Of a DNA stretch of 64,000 nt, positions 18,808 through 28,394 are shown one piece after another; positions within the stretch are counted from its first letter, which is position 1; the number at the start of each line of letters is the position of its first letter. A model generated the notes under the pieces. It searched no databases and was not told where the DNA came from. It worked only from the letters and a program-made list of their open reading frames with translations. Origin of the DNA: Gemmatimonadota bacterium. Its GTDB lineage: Bacteria; Gemmatimonadota; Gemmatimonadetes; Palauibacterales; KS3-K002. The DNA lies in the NCBI GenBank assembly GCA_039586575.1, contig JBDHKD010000002.1:1128-65127 (forward strand), written 5' to 3'. Made by a program: the position numbers and the translations under genes.

Positions 18808-19349
18808 ACCCGCCGGAACTTAATCGAGCGGCCAGGGCTGCTCATGTTGAAGTTCAGGATCAGCTGCCTGCCGTCATCGGACAGCTCGTAGGTGGTGACG
18901 AGCCGCGGGCCGCCTTCGAGCTTCCGTTCGATCTCGAGCTTTTCCCCTTTCCAGCGCGCCCTGGTGACGGTATCGCCGAGCCCCGAGAAGCGGCGCTGGA
19001 CCTCTCGGCCGTCGGTTAAGAAGGACAGCGAGGTCCCGTCCATGCCGGTGACGGTGACGGTGGAATCGTCCTGCGCGATTCGGAAGACCCGCGCCGCCGC
19101 CAGGATGGCGCTTACCCGCTCGCCACTACGGGCTCGATTGCCGCCGGGAAGTGATGGGTTGGCCGGATTGTCTGCCGCCTGCCGGAACACTTCGTCGGGG
19201 TTGTCGCTGGCCAGGTCGTTGAGCAGCCATGTGCCGTTGAAGTCGACGTGCTGGGGCGCGGGATCGGAACCGCCGCCGGAGCAGGCTAGTGTGGCCACCA
19301 CGAGCGCCGCTCCTACCAGCCGAATCAGCGAGGCTATCTGCTTTCTCAT
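18783..19349 (-). CDS. Lipoprotein, hypothetical (188 aa)
   Basis: ATG at 19349 gives MRKQIASLIRLVGAALVVATLACSGG lipobox; beta-rich mature part. Confidence 0.5.
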   Translation of the reverse strand: MRKQIASLIRLVGAALVVATLACSGGGSDPAPQHVDFNGTWLLNDLASDNPDEVFRQAADNPANPSLPGGNRARSGERVSAILAAARVFRIAQDDSTVTVTGMDGTSLSFLTDGREVQRRFSGLGDTVTRARWKGEKLEIERKLEGGPRLVTTYELSDDGRQLILNFNMSSPGRSIKFRRVYDAAEGR

Positions 19350-19371
19350 AGGACTACCACGAACTCCCATC

Positions 19372-19872
19372 TCAGGGCGTCTGCCGCGGCGGCCTGGAGG
19401 GACCCCCGCGCCGGCCCGGCATCATCCCCGGCACTTGCCCGAGTCTGCGGCGCCAATCTGTCTCGAGGCTGTCCAGGGCCGCAGCCTGCTCGGCGGTCAG
19501 CACCGCACGGATCTCCTGACGAATCGAGTCGGTGACGGCGCGCAGCTCGTCCAGAACAACCTCCGTGCGCGGCCGGCCGCTCTCCATAATTACTGCGATC
19601 TGCTCTCTCTGTTCCGCCGTCAGTCCGAGTGCGCGAAACATAGACGGCATGACGCCTTCGCGGAACCTCCCGACCATCTCGGGGCCCGGCTCGAAGGGCC
19701 GGGGCACGAAACGTTCGGTCTCCCGGATCCCGTCCAGCCGCTCCGCCGCCCGCACGAAGGCGTCCTGGGTCACGTCCTCCGCATCGATTCCGTTCCCCAG
19801 CACGCCGAGGGCGACGGCGAACGCCGCCGCGTCGCCGCGGCGTGCTCTGTGCACGAGCTTCGCATCGCTCAA
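19372..19872 (-). CDS. LTXXQ-motif (CpxP/Spy-like) protein whose N-terminus resembles a truncated ECF sigma-70 region 2; no signal peptide (166 aa)
   Basis: N-terminus MSDAKLVHRARRGDAAAFA…DAEDVTQDAFVRAAERLDGIRETERF mimics ECF sigma region 2.1-2.2; C-terminal half carries two LTAEQ repeats typical of the periplasmic LTXXQ family. Confidence 0.45.
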   Translation of the reverse strand: MSDAKLVHRARRGDAAAFAVALGVLGNGIDAEDVTQDAFVRAAERLDGIRETERFVPRPFEPGPEMVGRFREGVMPSMFRALGLTAEQREQIAVIMESGRPRTEVVLDELRAVTDSIRQEIRAVLTAEQAAALDSLETDWRRRLGQVPGMMPGRRGGPSRPPRQTP

Positions 19873-20123
19873 GTCGGGATCCCTCGCCCCGGCCAGACCC
19901 TCACTTCTCCACTGATGTACGACAGCCAGACCATCCCAAACGTTAGCTCGACCAGGGAGCTTCGGCGCCGGGCTCAGCGCGGCCCCCTGACTTCACTTTT
20001 GCCCCAGGTGCTCTCAGCCACAAGGCAGTCGGCCTGTGAACAAGGCGGCTCCTGCGGTGTACGAGATTCGAGCCGCCCGTATCGGCTCGCCTGCCTTGGC
20101 TGTAACTTCACCGACCTTCAAAG

Positions 20124-21281
20124 GTGAGCGAACCCGTGGGCAATGCGGACTTTCTGGGAATCCTCGAGCTCAAGGATAAGGGCACCGGCTTCATCCGTTG
20201 CCGGGAGGCGAGTTACCTGCCTTCGGACTGCGATGTCCATGTAGGCCGCAAGCTGATCCAGGACTACCGGCTGCGGACAGGTGACGAGATCGCCGGTGTG
20301 GTCGGCCAGGCGCCGGGGAAGGGGAAGAGCCCGCCGCTCATCGAGGTCACGGCGGTCAACGGCATGCCGCCCGAGCAGCTGGAGGGTCGGCCCGACTTCA
20401 ACCGACTCGGCGCGATCCACCCGGACGAGCAGCTGGTTCTCGACTGCGGCCGCACGTTGCGCGGCGCGCCGGACTACACGAACCGGGTCATCGATCTCCT
20501 GTGTCCCTTCGGTAAGGGGCAACGCGCGTTGATCGTTTCGCCGGCCAAGGCGGGCAAGACCACGGTGCTGCAGTCGGTGGCCGAGGGCATCGTCAAGAAC
20601 TATCCCGACGCTACTCTGCTGATCCTGCTGGTCGATGAGCGCCCCGAAGAGGTCACCGAGATGGAGATGTGCGGCTTCGGTGAGGTCGTGTCGTCGAGCT
20701 TCGACTTCCCGGCCGAGCGCCACGTCGCGGTCGCCGAGCTTACGCTCGAGCGGGCACGTCGCCGCGTCGAGCTCGGTCAGGACGTCGTCATCATCCTCGA
20801 TTCCATCACGCGCCTCGCGCGCGCCTACAACAACGTGGAGCGGGGCACCGGCCGCACCCTCTCCGGTGGCCTCGACGCGTCGGCGATCGAGGGTCCCAAG
20901 CGCTTCTTGGGTAGCGCCCGCAGGGTCGACCCGGCGAAAGGCGGTGGCTCGCTCACCATCATCGCCACGGCTCTCGTCGACACGGGCTCCCGCATGGACG
21001 ATGTGATCTTCGAGGAGTTCAAAGGGACGGGGAACAGCGAGCTGGTCCTAAGTCGCGAGCTGGCCGAGCGCCGCCTCTTTCCTGCCATCGATCTCAACTC
21101 CAGCAGCACACGCCGTGAAGAGCTGCTGCTCGATCCACCGACGCTCGCTATCTCGCAGGCGATCCGCCGCCGCCTCGCCGAGGCCGCGCCGGCAGATGCG
21201 ATGACCGAGCTCTTGGGCGTAATGAAGAGAACCGGGTCGAACGCCGAGCTCGTGCAACAGGCCGCCGGGTCGGCGGGCTAG
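20124..21281 (+). CDS. rho: Transcription termination factor Rho (385 aa; short form beginning at the CSD/OB subdomain)
   Basis: GTG start; Rho CSD ([15 protein letters not shown]), Walker A ([18 protein letters not shown]), Q- and R-loops, Walker B ([16 protein letters not shown]). An in-frame TAA 21 nt upstream excludes a longer N-terminus. Confidence 0.9.
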   Translation: MSEPVGNADFLGILELKDKGTGFIRCREASYLPSDCDVHVGRKLIQDYRLRTGDEIAGVVGQAPGKGKSPPLIEVTAVNGMPPEQLEGRPDFNRLGAIHPDEQLVLDCGRTLRGAPDYTNRVIDLLCPFGKGQRALIVSPAKAGKTTVLQSVAEGIVKNYPDATLLILLVDERPEEVTEMEMCGFGEVVSSSFDFPAERHVAVAELTLERARRRVELGQDVVIILDSITRLARAYNNVERGTGRTLSGGLDASAIEGPKRFLGSARRVDPAKGGGSLTIIATALVDTGSRMDDVIFEEFKGTGNSELVLSRELAERRLFPAIDLNSSSTRREELLLDPPTLAISQAIRRRLAEAAPADAMTELLGVMKRTGSNAELVQQAAGSAG

Positions 21282-21404
21282 CCGGGGGGCGGCGGTCTCG
21301 AGGCCCACTTGCGAATGAGCCGGCGGATCGTTGCCTTGCTGCTCCGTGGGGGCAGCGTGCATATTGGAATTTGATCAACCGACTCTCGTCATCTCTGTCC
21401 CAGC

Positions 21405-22247
21405 ATGAAGGAAGAGCGGTCGCCTCGCTCGCCACGGCTTGTTGTTGTCGGCCTTCTCCTCAGCGTTGCGCTTTCTCCCGTTGAGGCCATCGCACAGCTA
21501 CGCGCAGGGGCGGATCTCACCTACGCTAACCGCTATGTCTGGCGTGGCGTGACGCGCGCCAGCGTTCCGGCGTTCCAGCCCGATCTCTACATCGCGTACC
21601 GACGCGATCGTTCTTTTGCCAGTCTGGGCGGCTGGTGGAGTTTCGAGGTCGCAGGCGACGAGGATGACCTGGGCGACACGGGTCCGGGCGAGGGCGGGCT
21701 GGGTGAGTCCAACTACTGGATCGAGCTCTCGACGGCGGCCGGTCCGCTCGACCTGGGGATCGGGTTCGCGGGCTATTCGTTCCACGGTGATGAAAGCGGG
21801 GGCCGCAGCAGCGAGTACGACACCAGCGAGCTGTACGCCTTCGTCTGGTGGGAGATGGCGGTGTGGTTCCCGAAGCTGGCCGTCTGGTACGACTTGGGCG
21901 CGCTCGAGGGGGCCTACGTCGAAACGAGCGCTAGCCTGCGCTTATCGATCCTACCGATGGCTTCCCTCTATCTCGGCGCTTTGGCCGGCTGGAGCGCCGG
22001 CCAGGCAACGAACGACTCCGATCCGTCGCAGCCACCCTACTTCGAGTCGGACGGGCTTACGCATGTGGATCTTTCGACCTGGGGCTCGTACCGGATCGGC
22101 AAGGGCTTCACTCTGGCACCGGCGCTTCACGTGCAGCTCAACTTCGACGAGGCGACCAAGCGGACGAGGCCAAGCGAGAGCCAGGACGTCAAGGTCTGGT
22201 TCACGATCGCTTTGAGTTGGTCGCACGAGCTCGGAGCTCAAATGTGA
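21405..22247 (+). CDS. TorF-family putative outer-membrane porin (Gcw_chp/TIGR02001-like), 280 aa
   Basis: Signal peptide then …ADLTYANRYVWRGVTRASVPAFQPDLYIAY… matching the TorF-family N-terminal pattern (SDYvfRGisqT…PA.Q); aromatic-rich beta-barrel body. Confidence 0.6.
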   Translation: MKEERSPRSPRLVVVGLLLSVALSPVEAIAQLRAGADLTYANRYVWRGVTRASVPAFQPDLYIAYRRDRSFASLGGWWSFEVAGDEDDLGDTGPGEGGLGESNYWIELSTAAGPLDLGIGFAGYSFHGDESGGRSSEYDTSELYAFVWWEMAVWFPKLAVWYDLGALEGAYVETSASLRLSILPMASLYLGALAGWSAGQATNDSDPSQPPYFESDGLTHVDLSTWGSYRIGKGFTLAPALHVQLNFDEATKRTRPSESQDVKVWFTIALSWSHELGAQM

Positions 22248-24403
22248 GCGCGCGGTCAGCCGTGCTGGTGGCAGCTCTGGTCGGCGGCTGTGGTTACAAC
22301 GTGCAGACGCTCCCCGCGCCGGTATCGAGACCTCCCGTACCTCACCTGGGAGAACCAACGCTACACGCCGGCCTGGGGCGTGCCGACATCACCCCGCCTC
22401 CGGGGCTTGGGACGTACGCCTACGGTCCTGAGGGCCTTGAGGCGCGCGGCTTTCGCAATCGGCTCTACGCTCGGGCGCTGGTGCTGGAGGACGCGGACGG
22501 CGAGCGGGTTGCCTTCGTTGTCGCGGATCTCGGCGTGATCTCGGCTATGCTTCACCGCTCGGTGGCCAGCCGAATCGTCGAGCCGACCGGTATCGGCGCC
22601 GACCGGCTGGTTCTCGCAGCGACACACACCCACGCGGGTCCCGCGCACTTCATCGGTGTGAAGCAGTTCGACGATCACGGCTCCGCGATCGCCGGCCTGG
22701 ATACCGCGGTGGTTCGCTTCCTCGCCGAACGGATTGCCGGTGCCGTGGCGGAAGCCGTCGACTCGTCGCGCCCGGCGCGGTTGGCGGTCGCCCGGGTACC
22801 GGTCTGGGGATTCACCCGCAACCGCAGCCTCTCTGCCTACCGGCGCAATCCCGACAGCCTCAAGGTCTACCTGCCGCCGCCCGACCTCGAGCTCGAGGCG
22901 GACCAGCGCGCGGTGGATCCGACTTGGACCATGCTGCGCGTCGACCAGCTCGCTCCCGACGGGTCGGGCTATCTGCCGGCTGGCGCGCTGAGCATCTTCG
23001 CGATTCACGGCAACGCCATCCCATCCGTCAACGACCTCTTCGACGGCGACATCCACGCGCTGGTTGAACGCCAGCTCGAAATGCACATCGACAGCCTGAC
23101 CGGTTGGATTCCAACGTACGAGCCGCGGGCCGTCCACCTGCTGGCGAACGGCACGGTTGGAGACGTGGCACCCATACATCCCGAGTCGGCTCGCTGTCCG
23201 CCGCCGCAGCTTCGCCTTGGCCGCCGGCCCGGCGGGCCACACGCGCCGCCGCCCGCTGAAGAATGGCGGCCGGTGTCGCCGGAGCGTGCGGCTTCCTGTA
23301 TGGCGTCGGCCGCCGCGTACGTCGACTCCGCCGGCCGTGCCTTGGCGCAACGAGCGGCGGAGATCTTCGATGGGCTCGCCAGTCGGCTGAGCGGCGAGAT
23401 CGTTATCGCACGGTCGTTCCTTACGCTCCCCTTGAAGGGCGAGCTCGCTCCGCAAGCACTTTGCGAGCAGCCGCGAGTCGGCACCGCTACCCTGGCAGGA
23501 AGCGAGTCGTCCCCAACCCGCTACTACGGTTGGCGGTTCATTGGCCTCTTCCCGACCGGCTTCGAGCACGGCGGCTCGGCCATCGGGTCGCCTACCGGTA
23601 GCTGTCATGCACCCAAGCGATTAGCCTTGGGAGCGCTGCAGGGCATGCTTGTCGGCGAGCACGGGTTCCCGGAGCTGGCTCAGCTCATGGTCGTGCAGTT
23701 AGGCGGATTGCTGCTGGTGGCCGTGCCGGCTGAGGTTACCGTCGGGGCCGGCGTGATGATGCAGAACTCCGTGCGCCGAGCGGCTGAAGCTGCCGGCCTG
23801 TTCCCAGAATCGACCGCGCTCATCGGGCTGGCGAACGGCGACCTTCGCTACGTCACCACGCCCTGGGAGTACACAGCACAGGACTACGAAGGTGCCTCCA
23901 CGCTGTACGGCCCGGCGACCGCCGAGGTGCTATCGGAGAAGCTGGGCGAACTCACCGCCGCGGTCGCCGCTGGCTCGCCAACTGTCTCCCCGGTCCAGTT
24001 GGAGCCGATCACCGCCTACGCCGGCCGCGTGCGCGAGATCCTGCCGCCGTCGGATGCCGGACCAGAGCCGGAGCGGATCCAGCGCGTCTTCGTTGACCTG
24101 GCGTGCGACGGTAAAGCAACGGTCGCGCGTTGGGTCGACACCTATCCCGGTCGCTTGATCCCGGCCGACGGGCCCATCCTGCGCATCGATCGGGGTTCGC
24201 CGGCCGCGTGGTCACCGCTGACCTGGGATGACGACAGCCATCTGGAGATCCGCGCCATCAAAGCGATGGGGAAGCGCGGCTATCTCTGGGAAGCGCGCTG
24301 GAATCCGCCGGTCCGCTTCGAGGGGTCTGTCAGGTTCGTTCTGCTGGCACGCTCCGGGCTCGCCGAACTGCCGAGCGGGCCCGTGCTGCCATGTTCAAGG
24401 TGA
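22217..24403 (+). CDS. Neutral/alkaline ceramidase family lipoprotein (728 aa)
   Basis: Lipobox LVAALVGGC; ceramidase N-domain motifs (GRADITPPPGLGTYAYG…RLYARALVLEDADGERVAFVVADLGVIS…LAATHTHAGP). Confidence 0.75.
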   Translation: MVARARSSNVSARSAVLVAALVGGCGYNVQTLPAPVSRPPVPHLGEPTLHAGLGRADITPPPGLGTYAYGPEGLEARGFRNRLYARALVLEDADGERVAFVVADLGVISAMLHRSVASRIVEPTGIGADRLVLAATHTHAGPAHFIGVKQFDDHGSAIAGLDTAVVRFLAERIAGAVAEAVDSSRPARLAVARVPVWGFTRNRSLSAYRRNPDSLKVYLPPPDLELEADQRAVDPTWTMLRVDQLAPDGSGYLPAGALSIFAIHGNAIPSVNDLFDGDIHALVERQLEMHIDSLTGWIPTYEPRAVHLLANGTVGDVAPIHPESARCPPPQLRLGRRPGGPHAPPPAEEWRPVSPERAASCMASAAAYVDSAGRALAQRAAEIFDGLASRLSGEIVIARSFLTLPLKGELAPQALCEQPRVGTATLAGSESSPTRYYGWRFIGLFPTGFEHGGSAIGSPTGSCHAPKRLALGALQGMLVGEHGFPELAQLMVVQLGGLLLVAVPAEVTVGAGVMMQNSVRRAAEAAGLFPESTALIGLANGDLRYVTTPWEYTAQDYEGASTLYGPATAEVLSEKLGELTAAVAAGSPTVSPVQLEPITAYAGRVREILPPSDAGPEPERIQRVFVDLACDGKATVARWVDTYPGRLIPADGPILRIDRGSPAAWSPLTWDDDSHLEIRAIKAMGKRGYLWEARWNPPVRFEGSVRFVLLARSGLAELPSGPVLPCSR

Positions 24404-26026
24404 TCGCGGAAGGTCGACTCGAGGCTCGGTGACCGCGGGCTCGGCGGGGCTCGTAGGCTCGCCGGCGCTCGGGCGCGCCTCCGGTTCGTGCAGCGTCCAC
24501 CACTCCCGCGCCTGCTCCACCGTCCACGGGTGGGCCAGCGGTACGCTGGCGAGCGCAGCGCACAGCTCGGCCGCCGATTGAAAGCGGTCGGCCGGCCGCT
24601 TCGCCAGGCACTTCAGCACGATGTCATCGAGTACTGGCGGGATCTCGATCTCGGAGATCTCCGAAGGTTTGGTCGGCTCGCTCCGCACGTGGTCGAGAAT
24701 GACCTCTAGAGCCGTAGCACGCTTGAACGGCGGTTGTCCCGTCAGCATCCAGTGGGCCACTCCGCCCAAGTTGTAGATGTCCGCGCGGCCGTCGATCTTG
24801 TCACCGCCCTCGATGGATTCGGGCGCGAAATACGTGGGGGTCCCGAAGATCATCCCGCTCTTGGTGAGCGTACCGGGGTCGTCGAGCCCGATCTCCTTCG
24901 CCAGGCCGAAGTCCAAGACCTTCGCGAAGTCGTGTATCCCACCTTGCTGGGTCAGATAGATATTGGACGGTTTGATGTCTCGGTGGATTACCCCGCGAGC
25001 GTGCGCCTCGCCCAACGAGCCGCACACCTGCTGGAGCACATAGATGACCCGCTCCGGACACATGGGCCCGAAACGCTCCACCAGCGACTGGAGGTCCAGC
25101 CCTTCCAGGTACTCCATCGCATAGTAGAACGTGTTGTCCGTGGTGCGACCGTAGTCGTAGATAGTGATCGTGTTGGGATGGGTGAGGGCGGCGGACAGTC
25201 GCACCTCACGCTCGAACCGCGCTACCGCGCTCTCGTCCAGTTCCTTCTCTGCATGGATGACCTTCACGGCGGTGGGCCGGCACATGAGCGCGTGTTGTGC
25301 TGCATAAACTTGCCCCATACCACCGCGGCCCAGCTCTTTCTCTAGAACGTAGCTGCCAAGTCGCCGCGCCTCGTGCAACGAGCGTCGCATGTTGTAAAGC
25401 GCCTTCGTGATCAGGACGGACACGCCGCCCAGAACCGCCAGGTAGAAAGTCCCTTCCAACACCATCCGGCGGAACTCCTCCACGCCGCCGTTCTGCACCC
25501 AGAATTGGCGGATCTCTGGGACTCCCAGGTAGGCGACGACCATCGCCGCCGGATAGGCGAGCGTGGCTGTCCCGGCCAGTCCTGCCTGTGAGCCCACGTT
25601 CACCGGGATGATGGCAGCGTGGATGAAAAGGGCGAGCGAGATGGCAAAAGCGGGCACTTCGTTCAGGTCGTAGACCGCGGCGATGAAGAGCGACACCAAC
25701 AAGATGATCGATACCGTCACGTAGTCGATGAACAGCACGGCCTGCGTGCCCCACGACCGGAGCAAGAGCACCAGCGTCGCCAACCCCAGCGTGAGCGGGT
25801 AGAGATCGTAGATCTTGGCAACGTGCGGGGTGAAGATCGTTTCAGCGGCCGGGCGAATCTCGACGAAAATCCCGTAAAAGAGGTAGACGGCAATGCCGAT
25901 GAGAAAACCGATCCCGAAGGCGAGCCTGCAGCGCTGGAGCAGGAGTTCTCCCAGCTCCTCGTGGAACGAAGTAGCCGCCCCGAGGGTGGTCGAAACGGAT
26001 CGCCTGAGCCGTTCCAGGACGTCCAT
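24395..26026 (-). CDS. Ser/Thr protein kinase with N-terminal polytopic membrane domain (543 aa)
   Basis: About 230-aa N-terminal region with 6-7 hydrophobic helices, then a Hanks kinase (GRGGMGQVYAA…VKV…HRDIKPSNIYL…DFGLAK…GTPTYFAPE) and a Pro-rich tail; overlaps the ceramidase 3' end by 9 nt (convergent). Confidence 0.85.
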   Translation of the reverse strand: MDVLERLRRSVSTTLGAATSFHEELGELLLQRCRLAFGIGFLIGIAVYLFYGIFVEIRPAAETIFTPHVAKIYDLYPLTLGLATLVLLLRSWGTQAVLFIDYVTVSIILLVSLFIAAVYDLNEVPAFAISLALFIHAAIIPVNVGSQAGLAGTATLAYPAAMVVAYLGVPEIRQFWVQNGGVEEFRRMVLEGTFYLAVLGGVSVLITKALYNMRRSLHEARRLGSYVLEKELGRGGMGQVYAAQHALMCRPTAVKVIHAEKELDESAVARFEREVRLSAALTHPNTITIYDYGRTTDNTFYYAMEYLEGLDLQSLVERFGPMCPERVIYVLQQVCGSLGEAHARGVIHRDIKPSNIYLTQQGGIHDFAKVLDFGLAKEIGLDDPGTLTKSGMIFGTPTYFAPESIEGGDKIDGRADIYNLGGVAHWMLTGQPPFKRATALEVILDHVRSEPTKPSEISEIEIPPVLDDIVLKCLAKRPADRFQSAAELCAALASVPLAHPWTVEQAREWWTLHEPEARPSAGEPTSPAEPAVTEPRVDLPRSP

Positions 26027-26235
26027 GCCCCTGTCGGGTTGGAGTCACCGCAGCAAGAATTGCACGTTAGCTCGGGTTCTCTATTAACAATCTCTGCTTT
26101 CGGCTAGGCGGTCGCAACCTCGAAACCGGCCCGCGCTCATCTTCGTACGTGGTTATGTAATCTGGACTAACCGGGCTGCGATTGGCACCGCTCACCATCA
26201 GACGACATCCCCGTCCGAGCGAAGGAGAGGCGACG

Positions 26236-26790
26236 ATGAAGCGTTTGTTGTTACCCGCCCTGCTACTAGCCTTAGCGACACCCGGGCTGGCGCAGGAGCG
26301 GACGCTGATCGGTAGTGGAATTGAATCGGGCGGCTTCGGTGCCGTCACGGTCAAGTTCAGCGAGTTCGCGGACGATTTCGCCGTGTTCGCCGGTGCCCGC
26401 GGCGGCTGGATCATCAATCACAGTTTCGTTCTCGGCGCCGGCGGCTACGGGCTCACCAACGACATCGACATGGGTCTGACCGGGACCCGGGACGTCGAGT
26501 TCGGCTATGGCGGCCTGGAGCTCGAGTACATCCATAACTGGAATAAGCTGGCCCACTTCACCGTCTACCTGCTGATCGGTGGGGGTGGGCTGAGCGGCCC
26601 GGCGGTGACAGAGGAGGCGGTGTTCGTACTCGAGCCGGCGCTGAACGGCGAGCTTAACGTCACGGACTACTTCCGGCTGCACGCGGGGGCGGGCTACCGC
26701 TTCGTGACCGGGGTCGACACGCCGGGCCTGGAAGGCTCGGACTTGAGCGCTGTCTGCGGCCAGATAACATTGAAGTTCGGCGCGTTCTAG
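26236..26790 (+). CDS. Small outer-membrane beta-barrel protein (OmpW/OmpA-beta-barrel-like), 184 aa
   Basis: Signal peptide MKRLLLPALLLALATPGLAQ; alternating-hydrophobic beta-strands; C-terminal …ITLKFGAF (terminal Phe). Confidence 0.6.
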   Translation: MKRLLLPALLLALATPGLAQERTLIGSGIESGGFGAVTVKFSEFADDFAVFAGARGGWIINHSFVLGAGGYGLTNDIDMGLTGTRDVEFGYGGLELEYIHNWNKLAHFTVYLLIGGGGLSGPAVTEEAVFVLEPALNGELNVTDYFRLHAGAGYRFVTGVDTPGLEGSDLSAVCGQITLKFGAF

Positions 26791-26816
26791 ACACTCCCAG
26801 CCGTAGGGAGCCGCGT

Positions 26817-28364
26817 TTGCGACTCTGGGACATCGTGGAAACCTCGCGGCGTGTGGCTGAGACCAGCGCGCGCCGCGAGAAGATCGCCAACCTGGCGGCG
26901 CTGCTCGGAAGGTTGCGGCCTGACGAAGTCGGCGTCGCCGTCGCGTTCCTGGCCGGCGAGCCGCGTCAGGGCCGGCTGGGTATCGGTCCCGCGAAGCTCC
27001 AGGCCGCCCGGCCGGATTCCGCCTCTGCAGAGCCCCGGCTCGAGCTCATGGAGACCGACGCGGCGCTCGAGCGCATAGCCTCGCTATCCGGGTCGGGATC
27101 GACGGCGCAACGCGCCCGCTGGCTGCACGAACTGCTCACCCGCGCCACCCGCGAAGAGCAAGACTTTATCAACCGACTCGTACTCGGCGAGCTGCGTCAG
27201 GGTGCCCTCGAGGGTGTCATGGTCGAGGCGATCGCCAAGGCGGCTCGTGTCCCGGCAGCGCTTGTCCGCCGTGCCCTCATGTTCTCGGGCAACCTCCCCG
27301 AGGTGGCCGATGCCGCTCTGACCGGCGGCGCGGAAGAGCTGGCCGGGTTCTCCATCCAGCTCTTCCGCCCTGTGCAGCCGATGCTGGCGGCGACCGCCGA
27401 AGACGTCGGTGAAGCATTCGGCCGCCTGGAGACCGCCGGCCTCGAGTACAAGCTGGATGGCGCGCGAGTTCAGGTGCACCGCGCCGGCGACGAAATACGC
27501 GTCTACACGCGCCGGCTGAACGATGTCACCGCGGCGGCGCCCGAGTTGGTGGAAGCCGTTCGCGCGCTACCGGTGAACGAGATCATCCTCGATGGCGAGA
27601 CGCTGGCATTGCGCTCCGACGGAAAGCCCCAGCCGTTCCAGGTGACGATGAGCCGCTTCGGGCGCAAGCTGGACGTTGAGCGGATGCGCCGCGAGCTGCC
27701 CTTGTCCGCCTACTACTTCGATCTTCTCTATCTGGATGGCCAGAGCCTGGCCGACCGTCCGGCGGGCGAGCGGCTCGAATCACTGAGAGAACTACTGCCG
27801 GAAACGCTGTCAGTCAGACGCACAATTACCGGAGATCCGGCTGAGGCGCAGAGATTTCTGCGCGCCGCGCTCGCCGCCGGGCACGAAGGCATCATGGCCA
27901 AAGCGCTGGATGCGCCCTACGAGGCCGGTCGGCGCGGTCAGAGTTGGCTCAAGGTGAAGCCCGCTCACACCCTCGATCTGGTCGTGCTGGCGGCGGAGTG
28001 GGGCTCGGGTCGGCGGCGCGGCTGGCTGAGCAACCTGCACCTTGGAGCCCGCGACCCGAAGACCGGCGGCTTCGTCATGCTCGGCAAGACCTTCAAAGGA
28101 TTGCGAGACCGAGATCTCGAGTGGCAGACTAAGCGTCTGCAGGAGCTAGAGATTAGCCGGGACGCCTACACGGTCTATGTACGCCCTGAGGTTGTCGTAG
28201 AGATCGCGTTCAATGAGGTGCAGGGAAGCCCGAGGTATCCGGCGGGGCTGGCCCTCCGCTTCGCGCGGGTCAAACGTTATCGACCCGACAAGCGTCCCGA
28301 AGACGCCGACACCATTGACACCGTGAGAGCGATCTATGCGGCTCAGAATGGAGAGCTTGGGTAG
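26817..28364 (+). CDS. ATP-dependent DNA ligase (LigB/Lig I-like: DNA-binding, adenylation and OB domains), 515 aa
   Basis: Motif I KLDGARVQV (active-site Lys), motif III/IV and V, C-terminal OB-fold; N-terminal DNA-binding domain present. Confidence 0.9.
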   Translation: MRLWDIVETSRRVAETSARREKIANLAALLGRLRPDEVGVAVAFLAGEPRQGRLGIGPAKLQAARPDSASAEPRLELMETDAALERIASLSGSGSTAQRARWLHELLTRATREEQDFINRLVLGELRQGALEGVMVEAIAKAARVPAALVRRALMFSGNLPEVADAALTGGAEELAGFSIQLFRPVQPMLAATAEDVGEAFGRLETAGLEYKLDGARVQVHRAGDEIRVYTRRLNDVTAAAPELVEAVRALPVNEIILDGETLALRSDGKPQPFQVTMSRFGRKLDVERMRRELPLSAYYFDLLYLDGQSLADRPAGERLESLRELLPETLSVRRTITGDPAEAQRFLRAALAAGHEGIMAKALDAPYEAGRRGQSWLKVKPAHTLDLVVLAAEWGSGRRRGWLSNLHLGARDPKTGGFVMLGKTFKGLRDRDLEWQTKRLQELEISRDAYTVYVRPEVVVEIAFNEVQGSPRYPAGLALRFARVKRYRPDKRPEDADTIDTVRAIYAAQNGELG

Positions 28365-28394
28365 GAGCCGACCCCGGCAACACGAGGCCGTCAA

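Noticed and set aside
18892-20127. 411-aa plus-strand ORF spanning the antisense of two minus-strand genes and the rho leader
   Set aside because: Ser/Arg/Pro-rich. It crosses two independently supported genes on the other strand. No RBS.
22361-23608. 415-aa minus-strand ORF antisense to the ceramidase gene
   Set aside because: Arg/Gly-rich antisense artefact.
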